Assembly (NCBI RefSeq): GCF_009914755.1
Contig: NC_060939.1
From: the human T2T-CHM13v2.0 reference genome, Homo sapiens
Direction: 5' to 3' (one strand)
Length of the DNA: 64,000 nucleotides
Position 1 is the first letter of the stretch. The number at the start of each line of letters is the position of its first letter. A model generated the notes under the pieces. That model was given only the letters and a program-made list of their open reading frames with translations. It did no database searches and had not been told where the DNA came from. This document shows, piece after piece, positions 35,578 to 51,196 of the stretch. The translations under genes were made by a program, and so were the position numbers.

Positions 35578-36756
35578 AGATTAAACTCTTTTTTAGTTTA
35601 CTCAAAGGCAGCATCCTCATATTGGGTTGGAAAACCAAGATGATCACATATAAGAAAGGATCTTCCTACTTGTCTCTCTACCTGTTTTTCCCAACTCTGG
35701 CTAATCTCTGTTTAATAATGCATCTTTCTTTAACTATTTGGAAGAAAAACAAAAACAAAAAAACTCCATGACAGCATGATCAGCTGACAGACAGCATGAT
35801 TAATGAAGAAAACAGTGATGGGAACATATAAGCCTCTTCTCTCCCTCCAATAACCTGGCAGACAACCCCACCTGGGATTTGTCCCATACTTGTAACACAC
35901 AAATGTTTGCTTGCTAGGTCAACTGTATTTAAACTAAAATATGACAGCTGTAAATAAGCCAATAAAATAGGGGCCATTTTTAGATTCTGACAAGCCAAAG
36001 ATCAGGCACTGCTCTCTTGAAAACTGTCACCAAAGGCAAAGAGAGAGCAGCCTCAAGAGGAAATAAGAGAAAATCACTACATGGCCTGAATGATTCACGT
36101 TGAAATCAGAGGCATCAGATGAGGACTTAAGATGGATCAATAGCTTAAAAAGGTCTCAAGTGAACAATCTGTGCCATCCTCCTTCTCTAATCTCTTGGAG
36201 AAAAAAAAAAAGAGCACAAAAAAGCTCTAAGGTCTTTTAATGAGACTATTATTCCATTAATTATTTGAGGCAGTTTTTGTTTCACTAGAATTAATTAACA
36301 TAACCCTTCTACTTTCAGCTCCAGCTGCATCTGATGTCACTGCTATGGCAGTGAAGAATGAAAACCAAAGGACAACTGGCTACTTAAGGAATTAAGCGGA
36401 CTAAAATGAAAACCATTCACAGCAGTTCCAGTACTCTGGCTGAGACTCTGTTTTCCTACATACAGCCCACACATTCTGAATATACTCAAATCTACGCAAT
36501 TTCAAACTTAGAAAACTTTAACTGCTGCCCCACTGAAGCCATTTTCAAGCTGGAATCATGTATAATAAACTACTCCATCTATTTCACCAATATATACATT
36601 TTAAAATAATTAATTTAGCCTCTACTCATTCAGATCTATTAAATTTCACCACTATGACAGTTATCTTAGAAAATCCTCTTAAACATAGCCAACAGATAAA
36701 TCAAATAAGAATTTTTGGAAATCTTTAACCTTAAGGACAATATTAAGAATCTAGGT

Positions 36757-37114
36757 CAAGGGTCCCCCATCCCCGGGCTATGGACCAGTACCAGTCCCTG
36801 GCCTGTTAGGAACCGGGCCTCACAGCAGGAGGTGAGTGGTGAGCTAGCGAGCAATACCACCTGAGCTCCGTCTCCTGTCAGATCAGCAGTGGCATTAGAT
36901 TCTCATAGGAGCATGAACCCTATTATGAACTGCACAGGCGAAGGATCTAGGTTGCATGCTTCTCATGAGAATCTAACTAATGCCTGATTATCTAAGGTGA
37001 AACAGTTTCACCCCAAAACCAACCATCACCATCGCCACACCTGCTCCCCAGGTCTGTGGAAAAACTGTCTTCCATGAAACTGGTCCCTGGGGCCAAAAAG
37101 GTTGGGGACCGCTG
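36757..37114 (+). mobile_element. MER1B (hAT-Charlie) non-autonomous transposon, full length
   Basis: TIRs caagggtccccc...ggggaccgctg; degenerate 8-bp TSD atctaggt/acctaagt. Confidence 0.87.
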
Positions 37115-38184
37115 ACCTAAGTCTAATGTATAGAATGGCACAGATTACAAATGAGTCTTACAGATTTGTGAAACAGTCACTGACTTTCATTTAATTGTAC
37201 CCATCACTTTGATTTTTTGTGAACTCAAATGAGACATCCTAATCCTCAATCTAACCAGCTAAGCTGTACTATACAGGTTTTGTCTAGATCCTCCTTAAAC
37301 ACACCCTAGTGGAGGCCCCAGCTCCAAAAGACAAATTGGACCTCAATGACTCCCACAGGCAGTGACTGAGGAGGCAACTTCTGCATGGTCCACAGACTAT
37401 TCTCATTTTCCTGAGACAAAGGCACTGCTCCTTACACAGACTCAGAAAACTCTTCAACCCTAGGAGATGCCACCTCTGACCCAAGGGAAGTGAATGCCTT
37501 CTGAAGAACCAGGCTCCTTAAAACCCCTGGCCAGTTTCCCAGACACATTTCAGTTGTAAACTCATTATGAGAAACATTTAATTACGGAATCTGCAAACCA
37601 GGGGAGCTTATTTGAAATACATTAACTAAATAACTCCTTTTCAGATCTTTCCAGATCGCAGTCTGTCTCAGAGATTATTTCCCACATTACTTCTCCTGAT
37701 TCAGTACATGTGTTTTTTTCTTGAATAACTGCCTCTGCTATATTTCTCCTTCCTTTAGCCTAAGTCAACCTTTCCATTTCTAAAGCCAACAGCTTCTGAG
37801 CAATGAGGCTATCATTCCATTAAATATGCATGCAAGAGCTTGACAAATCTTGAGTGCCTTTGATTACTCAGGGGTAGTCTCCTCAGCTAACATGAGAATG
37901 TGTAGGTTATAATACAACTCATCCTTATATGGCTTCCAAAATACTGGAATGGGAAGGGATCTTTTACCCTCTCAGGTTGGAGCTAACTGGCCCGCTGATT
38001 AATAATCTTAACCTATCTACCTCTGTAGTTTGGAGAACTGCCTTTTAGTAAGCTGTTGTGCCTGGCATACTCTGAGATCCCAAATATATAATTATTTTTA
38101 AGGATTTATTCCTGAGTTCTTTGATATTTCTGTTTGTTTTTTGGTCTTCTAAGATCTAACTAGATTAATCTTAACATTGATATC

Positions 38185-38481
<297 letters not shown>

Positions 38482-39148
38482 TTGATATCATAATTCACCA
38501 AGTTTGTGTTCCAATATTGTTATAGTAGAAAAATGGGATATTTTGCAATTACAGTTAAATTAATTAATGACTACAATTTATTTCTTTGTAAACAAACACA
38601 CAAAGGCTTTGGTTATCTTCAGTTTAAATGTAAACTGTCAAAAAATTAGAAGTCCTTATCGCAGGGGTCTCGTTCAGTAACATATGACTGATTAATGCAA
38701 TATAATACTCTGAGGTCATGAAAAAAACACACTGTAGAATAACACGTATTGGCATGGGAAAACCTTCACAATATACTTCTTAGAGAAAATAGTATTCATA
38801 AAGTAAATCATTTCGCTAAAAAATATATATATATATAGGGAAAAAGACAAGAAGGACATACATCAAAACATTAAGAGTATCTGAGGACAGTGAGATTACA
38901 TACAATTTTTCTTTTGCATTTCAAAATGTTCCAAAATTCTACCCTGGGCATTTATTATTTTTATACCTTTTTAAATAGTTTATTTTAAAGGAAAAGAGTT
39001 CCCAAGTAATTTTGTGAGTGATTTCCTATACTATTTCACACCTATTATTAGCAAAGGTAATGGAACTTCTTTTGCCATAGAAGACTCTCAATTATGTTTT
39101 AATATAAGTGAGGCAGTTGTTCCAGTTGCCTTTAAAAATAGCAAAAAG

Positions 39149-39328
39149 GGCCAGGCACAGTGGCTCACACCTGTAATCCCAGCACTTTGGGAGGCCGAGG
39201 TGGGTGGATCATGAGGTCAGGAGACGGAGACCATGCTGGTAAACAGGTTGCAGTGAGCTGAGATCGCACCAGTGCACTCCAGCCTGGGTGACAGAGCCAG
39301 ACTCTGTCTCCACAGGAAAAAAAAAAAA
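39149..39328 (+). mobile_element. Alu with central deletion
   Basis: Left arm joins the end of the right arm directly at ~39244 (ctggtaaac|aggttgcagtg). Confidence 0.85.
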
Positions 39329-39451
39329 GTATTCCAGATGATTGCTACACATAGTAAAGTCTGAGAAACTCCAGTGTTGTGAAAGATCAAGCCAAGACAG
39401 TAGGTTTAGAAAAAGATCGTAAGTCTTAATCACCAGGCTACAGAATAAGCT

Positions 39452-40043
<592 letters not shown>

Positions 40044-40191
40044 TAATTCTATAGCCAATAACTAGGCTGGGGAAGTAAGTGATTGGGTACCACTCAGGGG
40101 TGTTGAGCTAGAGAGTAGCATGTTGAGATCTCTGACATGGGTCAGTACTGCTCCTCATAGCATGGGTTGAAAAAGAGAACTGGAAGCACTG

Positions 40192-40281
40192 GAGACTAAG
40201 GAAAGTCATCTATAATGACATGTTAAAACTGGCCAAGAGACTAAGGAAAGTCATCTATAATGACATGTTAAAACTGGCCAA
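40192..40281. repeat. Perfect 45-bp tandem duplication
   Basis: gagactaaggaaagtcatctataatgacatgttaaaactggccaa x2, followed by gaga. Confidence 0.96.
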
Positions 40282-40944
40282 GAGAAGAATAAAGTGGTTG
40301 CCTTCCCAGGTGCCAAAGGGAGGGAGCAGTAGAAGAGGGGAAGCACATGAAGAGTTACTGATAAATAAATAAGATGATTTGAATGATCTGATTCGTTAAA
40401 TCCAAAAAATACAAAGAAGATTTGGAAAAAACTTTCCAATGATAATTTATTGTAATTCCACTCATTCATATGTTCAATCACTAACTTGGTACCTACTACA
40501 TAGCAAACACTGGTCTAGATACTGAGTCAAAAAATAAATGTGAACCATTGAATTATACACTTTATACAATGAATTGTATGGTATATGAATTACAGCTCAA
40601 AAAAGTTGTCAATGAAATGAAACAAATGAGATGTTTTCCCTGTCTTTAAGGGGTTCAGAGAAGCAAAGGGGAGATAGACAACTGCAATGCAGTGCAGTAA
40701 AGGGTTAGGACAGAAGTAAACTGAATGGGCAATATGAACACACAGAAGGAACATCTTAGCCACACTGGGGTCCGGAAGAACTAATTCATGAATGAAAAGT
40801 AATCCAGGAAGGGGAATGCTGGAAATCAGAAGAAGGCAAAGTTGGCAAGCTCCTCACTTAAAGTGAAGACTGAATGCCAGGAGGGAAACATGAGAGATGA
40901 GGCAGGCCCAGGGCGAAGGCAGGTCATGAAGAGCCTGTGTACTA

Positions 40945-41107
40945 CAGCCTCACTGCTCAAGGTGTGGTTCTCAATTCAGCACAGGCATCACCTGGGAGTT
41001 GTTAGAAATGCAGGCTCATTCCCTGTCACAGACCTACTGAGTCAGAATCTTCCCTTTAACAAGATTCCTAGTAATTCAGATGGACACCAAAGTTCAGGAA
41101 GCATTAC
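40945..41107. mobile_element. MER5A (hAT-Charlie)
   Basis: ctcaaggtgtgg...catcacctgggagttgttagaaatgcag...tttaacaagattcc...aagttcaggaagcatt. Confidence 0.75.
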
Positions 41108-41234
41108 ACTAACAAATTTATTCTCAGGACAAAATCCTATGGGGAATCATGAAGGAATTTCAAGCCAGGCAGTGGCATGCTCAGATATGTGCATTACAAA
41201 GATCTCACTAGTAACAGAATGAAAAAACAGATTA

Positions 41235-41612
<378 letters not shown>

Positions 41613-41774
41613 AGATAAGGGCCCCAAATAGAGCAGTAACAGTACTAGGAAATGATAACTGATTAGGTGGGGTGCAGGGGTGTGGGGGAAAGTAAATCAA
41701 GACGATTTCTAAGTTTTGTGTTTGGGTTACTGGAGGGATACTGATGTCATTCACCAGACAGGAAAAAGAAATAA

Positions 41775-42530
41775 CAACAATAATGACAGTAGCTAACATT
41801 TCTTAAATATGTGCCAGGCATTATTCTAAGTGCTTCCCATGTACTATCTCATTTAATCTTCATAACAACCCTATGAAGTAAGTATTATGCCATCATACAG
41901 ATGTAGAAACTAAGACACAGAGAAATTAAATCAGGTAGGGTAGTATGAAGAAGGAGGGAGCAGATGACAATCGATTTTGAATATGCTGGGTTTGGGGGGC
42001 TTGTGAAGATGTCCATAAGGCAGTTGTCTGTAGGGATCTAGGTTTGTAGGAAGAGCAAGCAGGCTGGAAACAGGTTTGGAAGTCATCAGCACAGGGCTGG
42101 CACCTGACTCTTCAGGACTGGATCAGGCCACAGTGGGAGGGAGTGTAGGTCAAGGACAGAGCCCAGGAACATCAATATCTAAGGTGCAATAGGAGGTAAG
42201 TGAGCTTAAGAAGATGAGAAAGCAGACAGAGAGAAAGGAGAATGACAGCTATAACAGCAACAATAGTAATAACTAATACTTGTAAGAATTTACTAAATAC
42301 CGGTCACTATTCTAAGCATTTCTTAATATATTATAAGTCAGTCATCATTAAAACCACATAAGGTAGGTTTTATTATCACCATTATAAAGATAAGGAAATT
42401 GAAGCATAAAGAGGTTAAGTGGCTTGCTTAAAGACACAGAGAAAGTAGAATAGCAAAACCAGGATTCAAACCAAGATCCAGTATCTAGGTGTGGATTCCA
42501 TGCCCTTGACTTCTATGATGTACTGCCTCG
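41775..42530 (-). mobile_element. Two MIR copies (~41775-41930, ~42260-42530) with L2 fragments
   Basis: MIR cores tacagatgtagaaactaagacacagag and ataaagataaggaaattgaagcataaagaggttaagtggcttgc. Confidence 0.65.
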
Positions 42531-43705
42531 CTTTCAGGACCCTGGGAGGGTTGGAAGGCAAGGAAGGAAACAGTTGCAACAAAGCCCTCAGAATAGTATC
42601 TGGCCTACAGTAAAGCCTCAGTAAATATTAATCACTATTATTTGATAATTTACTGCCATGGAACCACACATTTGACTGAGCCACAGTCTTTACAAGAAAA
42701 CAAGTAACAACTATATAAGGTTAAAAAAAATCAAGGTTTTAGTGGAGGAAGAAAAGCAAAGAAACTTCCAAGGCTGCTAAGGCTTCAACTCAGTTTCCTA
42801 TGCCTTTAATGTCTAAGGCTCCACACAATCAACCCTTGCCCAGGTCTGTGGCTACTGCCGTGATCCTAGTCCTTCGGAAGGGCTGCTACACACGGCAATG
42901 ACCTGAAGGCCTCACTAATCCCAAAACACCTTCTGACTGCTATAAAGATTCCATTCTATAACGCTCCTTTAGCATTGGGCATATTTTGCTCCATTCTAAT
43001 TGTTTTACAAAGCAGGTTGTTGATGCTGAAGGACTCTCGGGTTCTCAACTGTCCCCGAAAGCAAAGGCATGGCCTTCTCCAGACACTGTTAATTTGTTCT
43101 AATTAGGAGGACATGTCTACAATGTCCTGATAACATATTATCAGGTAATTTTCAAACTAAAATTATATCATGTATAGTAATTTAGAAGCTTCATGTTTTT
43201 TCTCTTTTTAAAATTCTTTCTAGTTCAATTATTCTCTCTGGCACAGATTGATCCAAGATCAAGAAACAGAGTGAATAAAAGCAACAATAATGACAATGGT
43301 CAGAAAAAGAAGCAGTTTCAATTTTTAAAAGGTTAAATTTTTGAAATGAACTTATATGTTTCTAGTCTAAGAAAATTTCTCAAAACAGAATAAAGGTATT
43401 AAAAAGCAGAAAGCATCTTCTAGAAGTGGGACATCTGGTCACCCTATCCCTCAGGCAATGCACATAAAGAGTGCTATTTTTAAAATGAAGTGAATGTGAA
43501 TGCCCTATCCTGCATAAATACAAATGCTAATTCTTGCTAGGGAGACTTGAATTCTAAAACTAACTAAAACTGACTAAGCAGACTTATGAACAAAGATGCT
43601 CACCATAACATATCACTTCCATTAGTGAAAAATACCCAGCAGTAAATACATTTTGGTATACCCAGATGACTGAATATTATGCTGCCATTAAAAATATTTT
43701 CAGTG

Positions 43706-44020
43706 GGCTGGGGGCGGTGGCTCACACCCATAATCCCAGCACTTTGGGAATCTGAGGTGGGCAGATCACCTGAGGTCAGGAGTTCAAGACCAGCCTAGCC
43801 AACATGGTGAAATCCCGTCTCTACTAAAAGTACAAAAAATTAGCTAGGCGTGGTGGCAGGCACTTGTAATCCCAGCTACTCTGGGTGCCTGTAATCCTAG
43901 CTACTCCAGAGGCTGAGGCAGAGGTATTACTTGAACCCAGGAAGCAGAGGTTGCAGTGAGCCAAGATCGCACCAATGTGCTCCAGCCTGGGCAACAAGAG
44001 CGAAACTCCGTCTCAAAAAA
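43706..44020 (+). mobile_element. AluSq/Sp-like with short internal duplication
   Basis: tgtaatcc(c/t)agctactc duplicated at ~43865-43907. Confidence 0.9.
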
Positions 44021-44383
44021 TATATATACAGATATATTTTTTCAACGAATATTTATTGATATAAATTCTCACAATACATATTAAGTTTAAAAATCATTTT
44101 AAAAATCATTACCATTTGTGAATATAGACAAAAGACTTAAAGTAAATCAATAGTTGACAATGATTATTTCTAGGTGGTATAATTAGTTTATTTTAACTTT
44201 CTTCCCTTATATGTTCTGTATTATTCAAATAATCCAGATTAGCTACAAGGCATCACTTCTACAAGCAGAAAAAAAATGCTTATAAATCAACTTTTTAAAA
44301 AAGTTTTCCCAATTAATTCTAATTTCCCAATTAACTTCTTCCTACTTGTTCTTACCCTAAGTTGAAGGCTTATCATCTAGTTT

Positions 44384-44628
44384 AGCAGTTTCAAGGGTTT
44401 GTGTGATTCTCCCCCATCCCCACCATCCCAAGAGATATCTAGCAATGTCTGTAGGCAATATTGGTTGTCACAACTAGGGATGGAGGGTGCTACTGGATCT
44501 CATAGATAAAGGTCAGAGATTTGGCTAAACATACTACAATACACAGGAGAGCCACCCCTCCCACAAAAAAAAAAAAAAAAAAGAATTATCCAGCCTACTA
44601 TCAGTGGTGCAGAGGTTGAGAAATTTTG
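44384..44628. mobile_element. MER20 (hAT-Charlie)
   Basis: gcaatgtctgtaggcaatattggttgtcacaactagg...gctaaacatactacaatacacagg...aggttgagaaa. Confidence 0.75.
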
Positions 44629-45626
44629 GTCAAGGATGAAAAAAATTAGTATAAACAGTAAGAGTGGGTTAAAATGCAATAGTAACTCTAAGGGGCTTAA
44701 CATTTTCATTTCTTAAACAAGAAATACACATTCCGACTTTATGAAAATGTAATCTAGGTTGTGGACCAAAATTCCTTATTATTAAGATATACATTTCCCA
44801 ATTTTACAGACAGCATCTCCAGAAAAATTCTGCTCCCAACCCAACCATGCTGCTTATCAAACTAGAAGATTTTTTTCTAAGCTTAAGCATAGAGAGACCA
44901 ACCCTGTGTAAAAGTTGTTTAAGTACTGGCAGAAAAATGTTTTAAGGTGAGATCATATCTTTAAAGGAATATCTAGTCATCTTACTGTAATGCAGACCAG
45001 TATGGTAAGCTAAAAAACTAAGGTTGAACTAGTCTAGTCTAACTAGTCTAAAACTAGTCTAACACAAAAGTGTTTGTTTGAAACACATACACATGCTCAC
45101 AAACACAGAAAATGATTTATGCAAACTCATAAAAAATGACTTCCTTTGTGATGTCAGATCAGGGAGTGGTAATAAAGCAAAAACAAAAATGAAGTTCCCT
45201 CCTCAATCTAAGTTATGAAAAAAAGATTCACCCTTTAGTAACTTATTTTATTCCATTATAGGTGTGGGATGTATATATACTTCGTTATAACAAATCATAA
45301 CAGGGCATAAGGGGTGGGTAGATAAAATTAAATAGTAGGGGGATAAAGCAGATGAACAGGTGGAAGGAAGAGAACAGAAGACAGACTACCACTAGACATG
45401 AACAAGGAATGACGGACAGGCAAAAAGAAATTGTGCACAATTCTTACTGTTGTGCAATAAGAAATCGTGCAACTTATCTATGTATGAAAATAGGGGAAGA
45501 GAATAACGTATGCAAGCAAGGATGTGAAGAAAATAGGGGAAATAAAATGCTGAGGAAATACGGTAGAAAGAAATCAGTAAGAAAGGTGACATAGGGTTCA
45601 TAGCCCCCAAATTAAGACTGAATAAT

Positions 45627-45940
45627 GGCCGGGCATGGTAGCTCCCGCCTATAATCTCAGCACTTTTGGGATAATTAAGTGGGAGATTGCTTGAAGCCAA
45701 AAGTTTGAGACTAGTCTGAGAAACAAAGTGAGACTCTGTCTCTACAAAAATTAAAAAATTAGCCAGGCATGGTGGCATGCGCTTACAGTCCCGGTTACTC
45801 AGGAGGCTGAGCTGGGAGGGCTGCTTGAGCCCAGGAGTTCGAGGCTGCAGTGAGCTATGCTTGCGCTACTGCACTCTAGTGTGGGCAACAGAACGAGACC
45901 TTGTCTAAAAAAAAAAATAATAATAATAATAATAATAATA
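45627..45940 (+). mobile_element. AluJ with (AAT)n tail
   Basis: J-type dimer. Confidence 0.87.
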
Positions 45941-46034
45941 CATGAAAAATCAAAATTGAAGACTGAATAAATTTTCAAAATTTCAATTTCTAACATGCTA
46001 TTAGTAACATTTGCTTGCACAGACGCTCCATGGC

Positions 46035-46325
<291 letters not shown>

Positions 46326-46499
46326 TGGCTTCTATTTTTCAATCCAAAATGATTCTCTAGGGGAAAGATACCTAATGTCCCCGGTCAAGCAAAATTTCCC
46401 ATTCTTCTTGCTCAAAGATCAGAAAAGGAGGGGTAGAATTCCATGACTATCATTTTCAGTGACCTATTCATAGCATACATGGACTGAGGGTAGTTGTTT

Positions 46500-46960
46500 A
46501 TTTTGACTACCTAGCACTTTTCCTTCCAATGGCGAACAGCTCACAGCCATCCCATGAGGTTGGAGTAGGACTATCAATCACAGTGCCCTGTCCTCCCCCT
46601 GGTCTCTGGGGTGAGCACAGACTTGACCACTCATGGTGCTCCTCACCTACTGCCTAGAGGCCCAATGAAAGGAGAAGGCACATGACCAGAATTCCTCTAT
46701 CAGGCTCTCTTCCTCCAGGCCCAGTGCTGTAAGATCATGTGATCTGCAGGTGCCACTGACCATCTTTTCACCCCTAAAAAAAGCTGCCCTCAGGATGAAA
46801 CCAATGTCAGACAGCATGTGAGAGTCAGTGAAGAGAGCCCCAATGACCATGTCTGAGCCTTGATTCCAGCCATGCCTAGATTTTTAAGTCACATGAGCAA
46901 ATAAACTCCTCTTTGGCTTTGAGTTTGGGTTTCTGTTTCTTCCAACTAAAACAGCTGTGG
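46500..46960 (+). mobile_element. Old MaLR (MLT1-type) LTR
   Basis: MLT1-like 3' end: ccagccatgcct...catgagcaaataaactcctc...tttgggtttctgtttcttccaactaaaa. Confidence 0.55.
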
Positions 46961-47243
46961 CTGGTAAACTGACTAACACTGTTAAAGAGAGGTTTGGTAA
47001 GTCAATGTGCCAAACCTCTCATCCATAAATTACCCAGACCCTCTCTATTTACATCCTGTAACTCAGCTAATACCATAACTTGAAGTGATGACTTTCAGAA
47101 ATGTAAAATGTAAATGTTTAAAGTAGAAATTCATTTAAAATGGCATATATTGATTTGTTTCAAGATCTAAAACATATCCCTACTAAACTGAGATTTGATG
47201 TTACAAACTTCCACTATTCTGGATGTCAAAGAGTCTACTATAG

Positions 47244-47556
<313 letters not shown>

Positions 47557-50500
47557 TCACCTTCATCTTTCTAAACTAGAGAGTTCGACACCTTTAATCT
47601 GTCTAGCCTCTTCACTGCCCTGATCATTTTACTTCTCCTATTCTGAAATTTCTCTAGTTTCATGTACATTTGTCAAGAAGTAGAAACCCCAACCACACAT
47701 GCAGGACTCCTGGCCAGGACTATATGTTTTTGTATATGTGACAAAAGATGGACAAAACCTATCTTTTTTGTGCATCCAGTCTCCCTCTAGCCCAGCATCT
47801 TGCCCACATTTTTGGCCACAGTAGTACATTAGGCCACAGGAGGTAGATACATGGTCCTCATGAACACTTAGTGCATTATGTACAATGCACTTCTCCCTTG
47901 ATTTCAATCAAGTTTAGAACCATTATTTTGAAATCAAAAAATAATTACATCATCCCTAAGTTCTACAATTGGCAAAAAGCCTTTGCTGTACAAGGAGATA
48001 TTTAACGCTAATGCCTGCTAGTTAAAAAGAATTCCAAGTGAGGAGGGCTTAGAAGAGAAATGGAGAATGCCTGAGGCATGAAGAGCCAGGGATAAGTTTC
48101 TGCAAAGTTTAGGTTGTATCAGCACAAACTCAGACTGATGTTACAACCAAGACAGATGGGGAAGAGGAACCGTTAAAGGGCAAAATTAACCAAAGGGCAT
48201 TTCAGAAGGCATCAAAGGCAGACATCATTAATAAAGGCAAAGTGGTCAGTGTGTGAAGGAAAGATTAAACAAAAATCATCTAAACTCCTTTTATATCCAC
48301 TTCCGCCTCCCACTGAAAATGAAACTCCACAGCCATGATCTCCAATGCCAGGCCTTTGTAATAAGTATCTCTATTGGTTGGGCTAAGGTGGAACCATAGC
48401 ATTCATTTCGGAAAAACCAAAAAGAAAAAACTTCCTTCTGCCCTAATGAGCAAGCATAACTCCAGTAAACTCCCTGAAGATGTTGGGGAAGATAAGAGAC
48501 AAAGCACAAGGGAACTTTTGGGGTGATGGAAATGTTCTGCATCTTGTTTGTGGCGGTGGTTACATGACAGAATATATGTGTCAAAACTCATCAAACTGTA
48601 CACTTAAAATGAGGGACTTTTCAAGTATATTATACCTCAATAAAGTTGATGAAAGATTGGGAGTGGGGTGGTGCTGGGGAGAAAAGGACAAACTCCCTAG
48701 GAAGATAAATAGAATAAGTCTAGGAAGACCACTGTAGGATGGAGGACATGCCTTCAGGTGAGGTGGAAGAAGTGGAATTGCTCACATAATATTTTGTCTA
48801 TGGCCAGACCTTACTCCATAGATCAGAAGTTTAGACTTCCAACAGTACCTCATACTTCACTGGGAATTGCCTGAAGTGGAGACAAATACATCCAAGTCTA
48901 TCCTCTAGTGGACCACGTACTCCTGAATTCTCCCAATGGAGGCAAAATTCATCATAAAATGAAAAACAGAGAAACTAAATTACCTTCTGAGGTAAGAAGT
49001 AAGGCGGATCATCTCTCCTCTCCCACATTCTCCCATACACGAGTTAGCATTCCCTGTCACCCCTCCCCTGAGGTCACAGTTAAATCCCTGGAAGCCCATT
49101 CATAAAGCTTCCTCCAGTTCTCTTTCATTATTTAAAAAAAAAAAAAAAAGCTAAAAGTACCAGGAAGATCTAAAATATGTGGCAGCAGCAATTCTCATTA
49201 GAATCAGAATCTCTCTGTAATCTTTTCTGGACAATACACAAAACTTTCACACTTCAAGAAACAGTAACAAATTTCAAGAGGAAATAATGGGCATTTTGCT
49301 TTGTCAAGCTATGTAAAGAAGTATTTCTTAGTAGCATTCAAGTTCCACAGAGGCAGTCAAAAGTTGTGATGAAACAGGAATTAATTTTCAGTTTCCAAGT
49401 CTGGAGCTACTGGCATTATTTCATACTACTCCTGCTCCTTCCCATCCTATATGTAATCCATCTCGGAGAGACCTGTCTCTCAGATTTATCCTCTTCTTTC
49501 CCACACCTTCTGCCCCTGCCTCAGTCCACCAGACCTTCACCACTTCACATTTTGTTTCCTGAAAGTTTCCTGGTCTCCCTGGTTCCCAGTTCTATTACTC
49601 ATCCTGTTCAACATGCCTGAAAATGTGTTTACTTGTTTAACCACATCTTTATACCCTGCTTCGTCCCTACAAGTGGACTGATCATGCCAAACCATTATTT
49701 TCATTCCATCCCTCCCCTGCTTAAGTATTCATTCAACAATATTCAATGAGCAGCTATTCTGTGTAACACTGGGCTAGGCTCTACAGGAGGTAAACAAAAC
49801 AGCATGTCAGGGGGCTTAGAGTATCGTGGGAGTGGTAAACATATACACAAATACAGTAACCGTAATAAGACAGAAACATGTTTGGGACATTAAGACAGAG
49901 AAAAAGAGTACTAGTGGGAGTTCCAAATCTGAGCTATCAGCTGGATGTCAACTGAAATTAGAATTGATATAGAAGAAGTCGAATGTGAAAGACAAGAAAA
50001 AAGATAAGGAGGTTTCCAAGCTGCGGAACTAGGAGAACCGCAAGTCGTTAACAGGCCTAGGAACACCAGGAGGAAATTCAAATGGAAAGGGCATGACAGG
50101 AGACTTGAGGACAGCTAACATCCTTGCCAAACTCCAAGTCAGGGCACATGATCAGAGATGAGATTTCTGTTCCTCTTTAAGATGTTGGAAGCAGTCTGAG
50201 AAATACAGTCTCGACATGAAAATATTAGAATTTCCAAGATCAGTAGTTTGAAGAGACAGTGCCATAGAATATAAAAGTGGATCTATCCCAGAAAAAATCT
50301 AGGCCATGTGGCTCCTGTATATATGAGAGGATATGTTGGGAATGGAAAGTTACACATATACAATCTACTGACCTTAAGAGCTGTTTCATCTAGGCAAGTT
50401 AACATGCTTTGCAAATGTGGAATTTTAGATTGTCGTTGCACTGTTACAATACTCAGCATCTCAGCACACATGGGAACCTCCTAATCAAACAGCTTCAGGT

Positions 50501-50561
50501 AAAAACAAAACAAAACACAAAAGTAAACAAAAAAATTAAAACTTTTTTAAAATTAAAAATA

Positions 50562-50843
50562 AGCCAGGCATGGTGGCTCATGTCTGTAATCTCAACACTT
50601 TGAGTGGCCGAGGCAGGAGAATCATTTGACCTGAGGAGTTAGAGATCAGCCTGGGCAACACAGCAAGATCCTGTCTCTGTAAAAAGTACAAAAATTAGCT
50701 GGGTTTGGTAGCACATGCCTGTAGATTCAGCTACCCAGGAAGGTGAGGTGGGAGGATGGCTTGCACCTGGGAGGTCGATACTGCAATGAGCCATGTTCAC
50801 ACCACTACACCTCAGCCTGGACAACAGAGTGAGACCCTGAACC

Positions 50844-50890
<47 letters not shown>

Positions 50891-51196
50891 AATAGGCTGG
50901 GTGTGGTGGCTCATGCCTGTAATCCCACACTATGGGAGGTGGAAGCAGGAGGATCACTTGAGTCCAGGAGTTTAAGACCAGCCTGGGCAACATACTGAGA
51001 CTATCTCTAGAAGAAATTTAAAAATTAGCTGGGTGCATAGCTGTGGTCCCAGCTACTCACGAGGCTGAGGTGGGAGGACAGCTTGAGCCCAGGAGTTAAA
51101 GGCTACAGTGAGTCATATTCATTTCACTGCACTCCAGCCTGGGTGACACAGTGAGACCCTGTCTCAAAAAAAATAAAAAATTAAAAAAAAAAAAAA
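50562..51196 (+). mobile_element. Two tandem AluJ; the first has a (TAAA)12 tail at 50844-50893
   Basis: Two J-type dimers separated by a pure TAAA array. Confidence 0.87.

Noticed and set aside
36300-36560. Unique-looking segment with E-box and CRE-like motifs as a possible exon or enhancer
   Set aside because: No convincing splice-site pair or recognisable homology; it cannot be supported without conservation or chromatin data.
40192-40281. Direct repeats as a CRISPR-like array
   Set aside because: Only two abutting copies with no spacers, in a eukaryotic intron. The same applies to 16717-16794.
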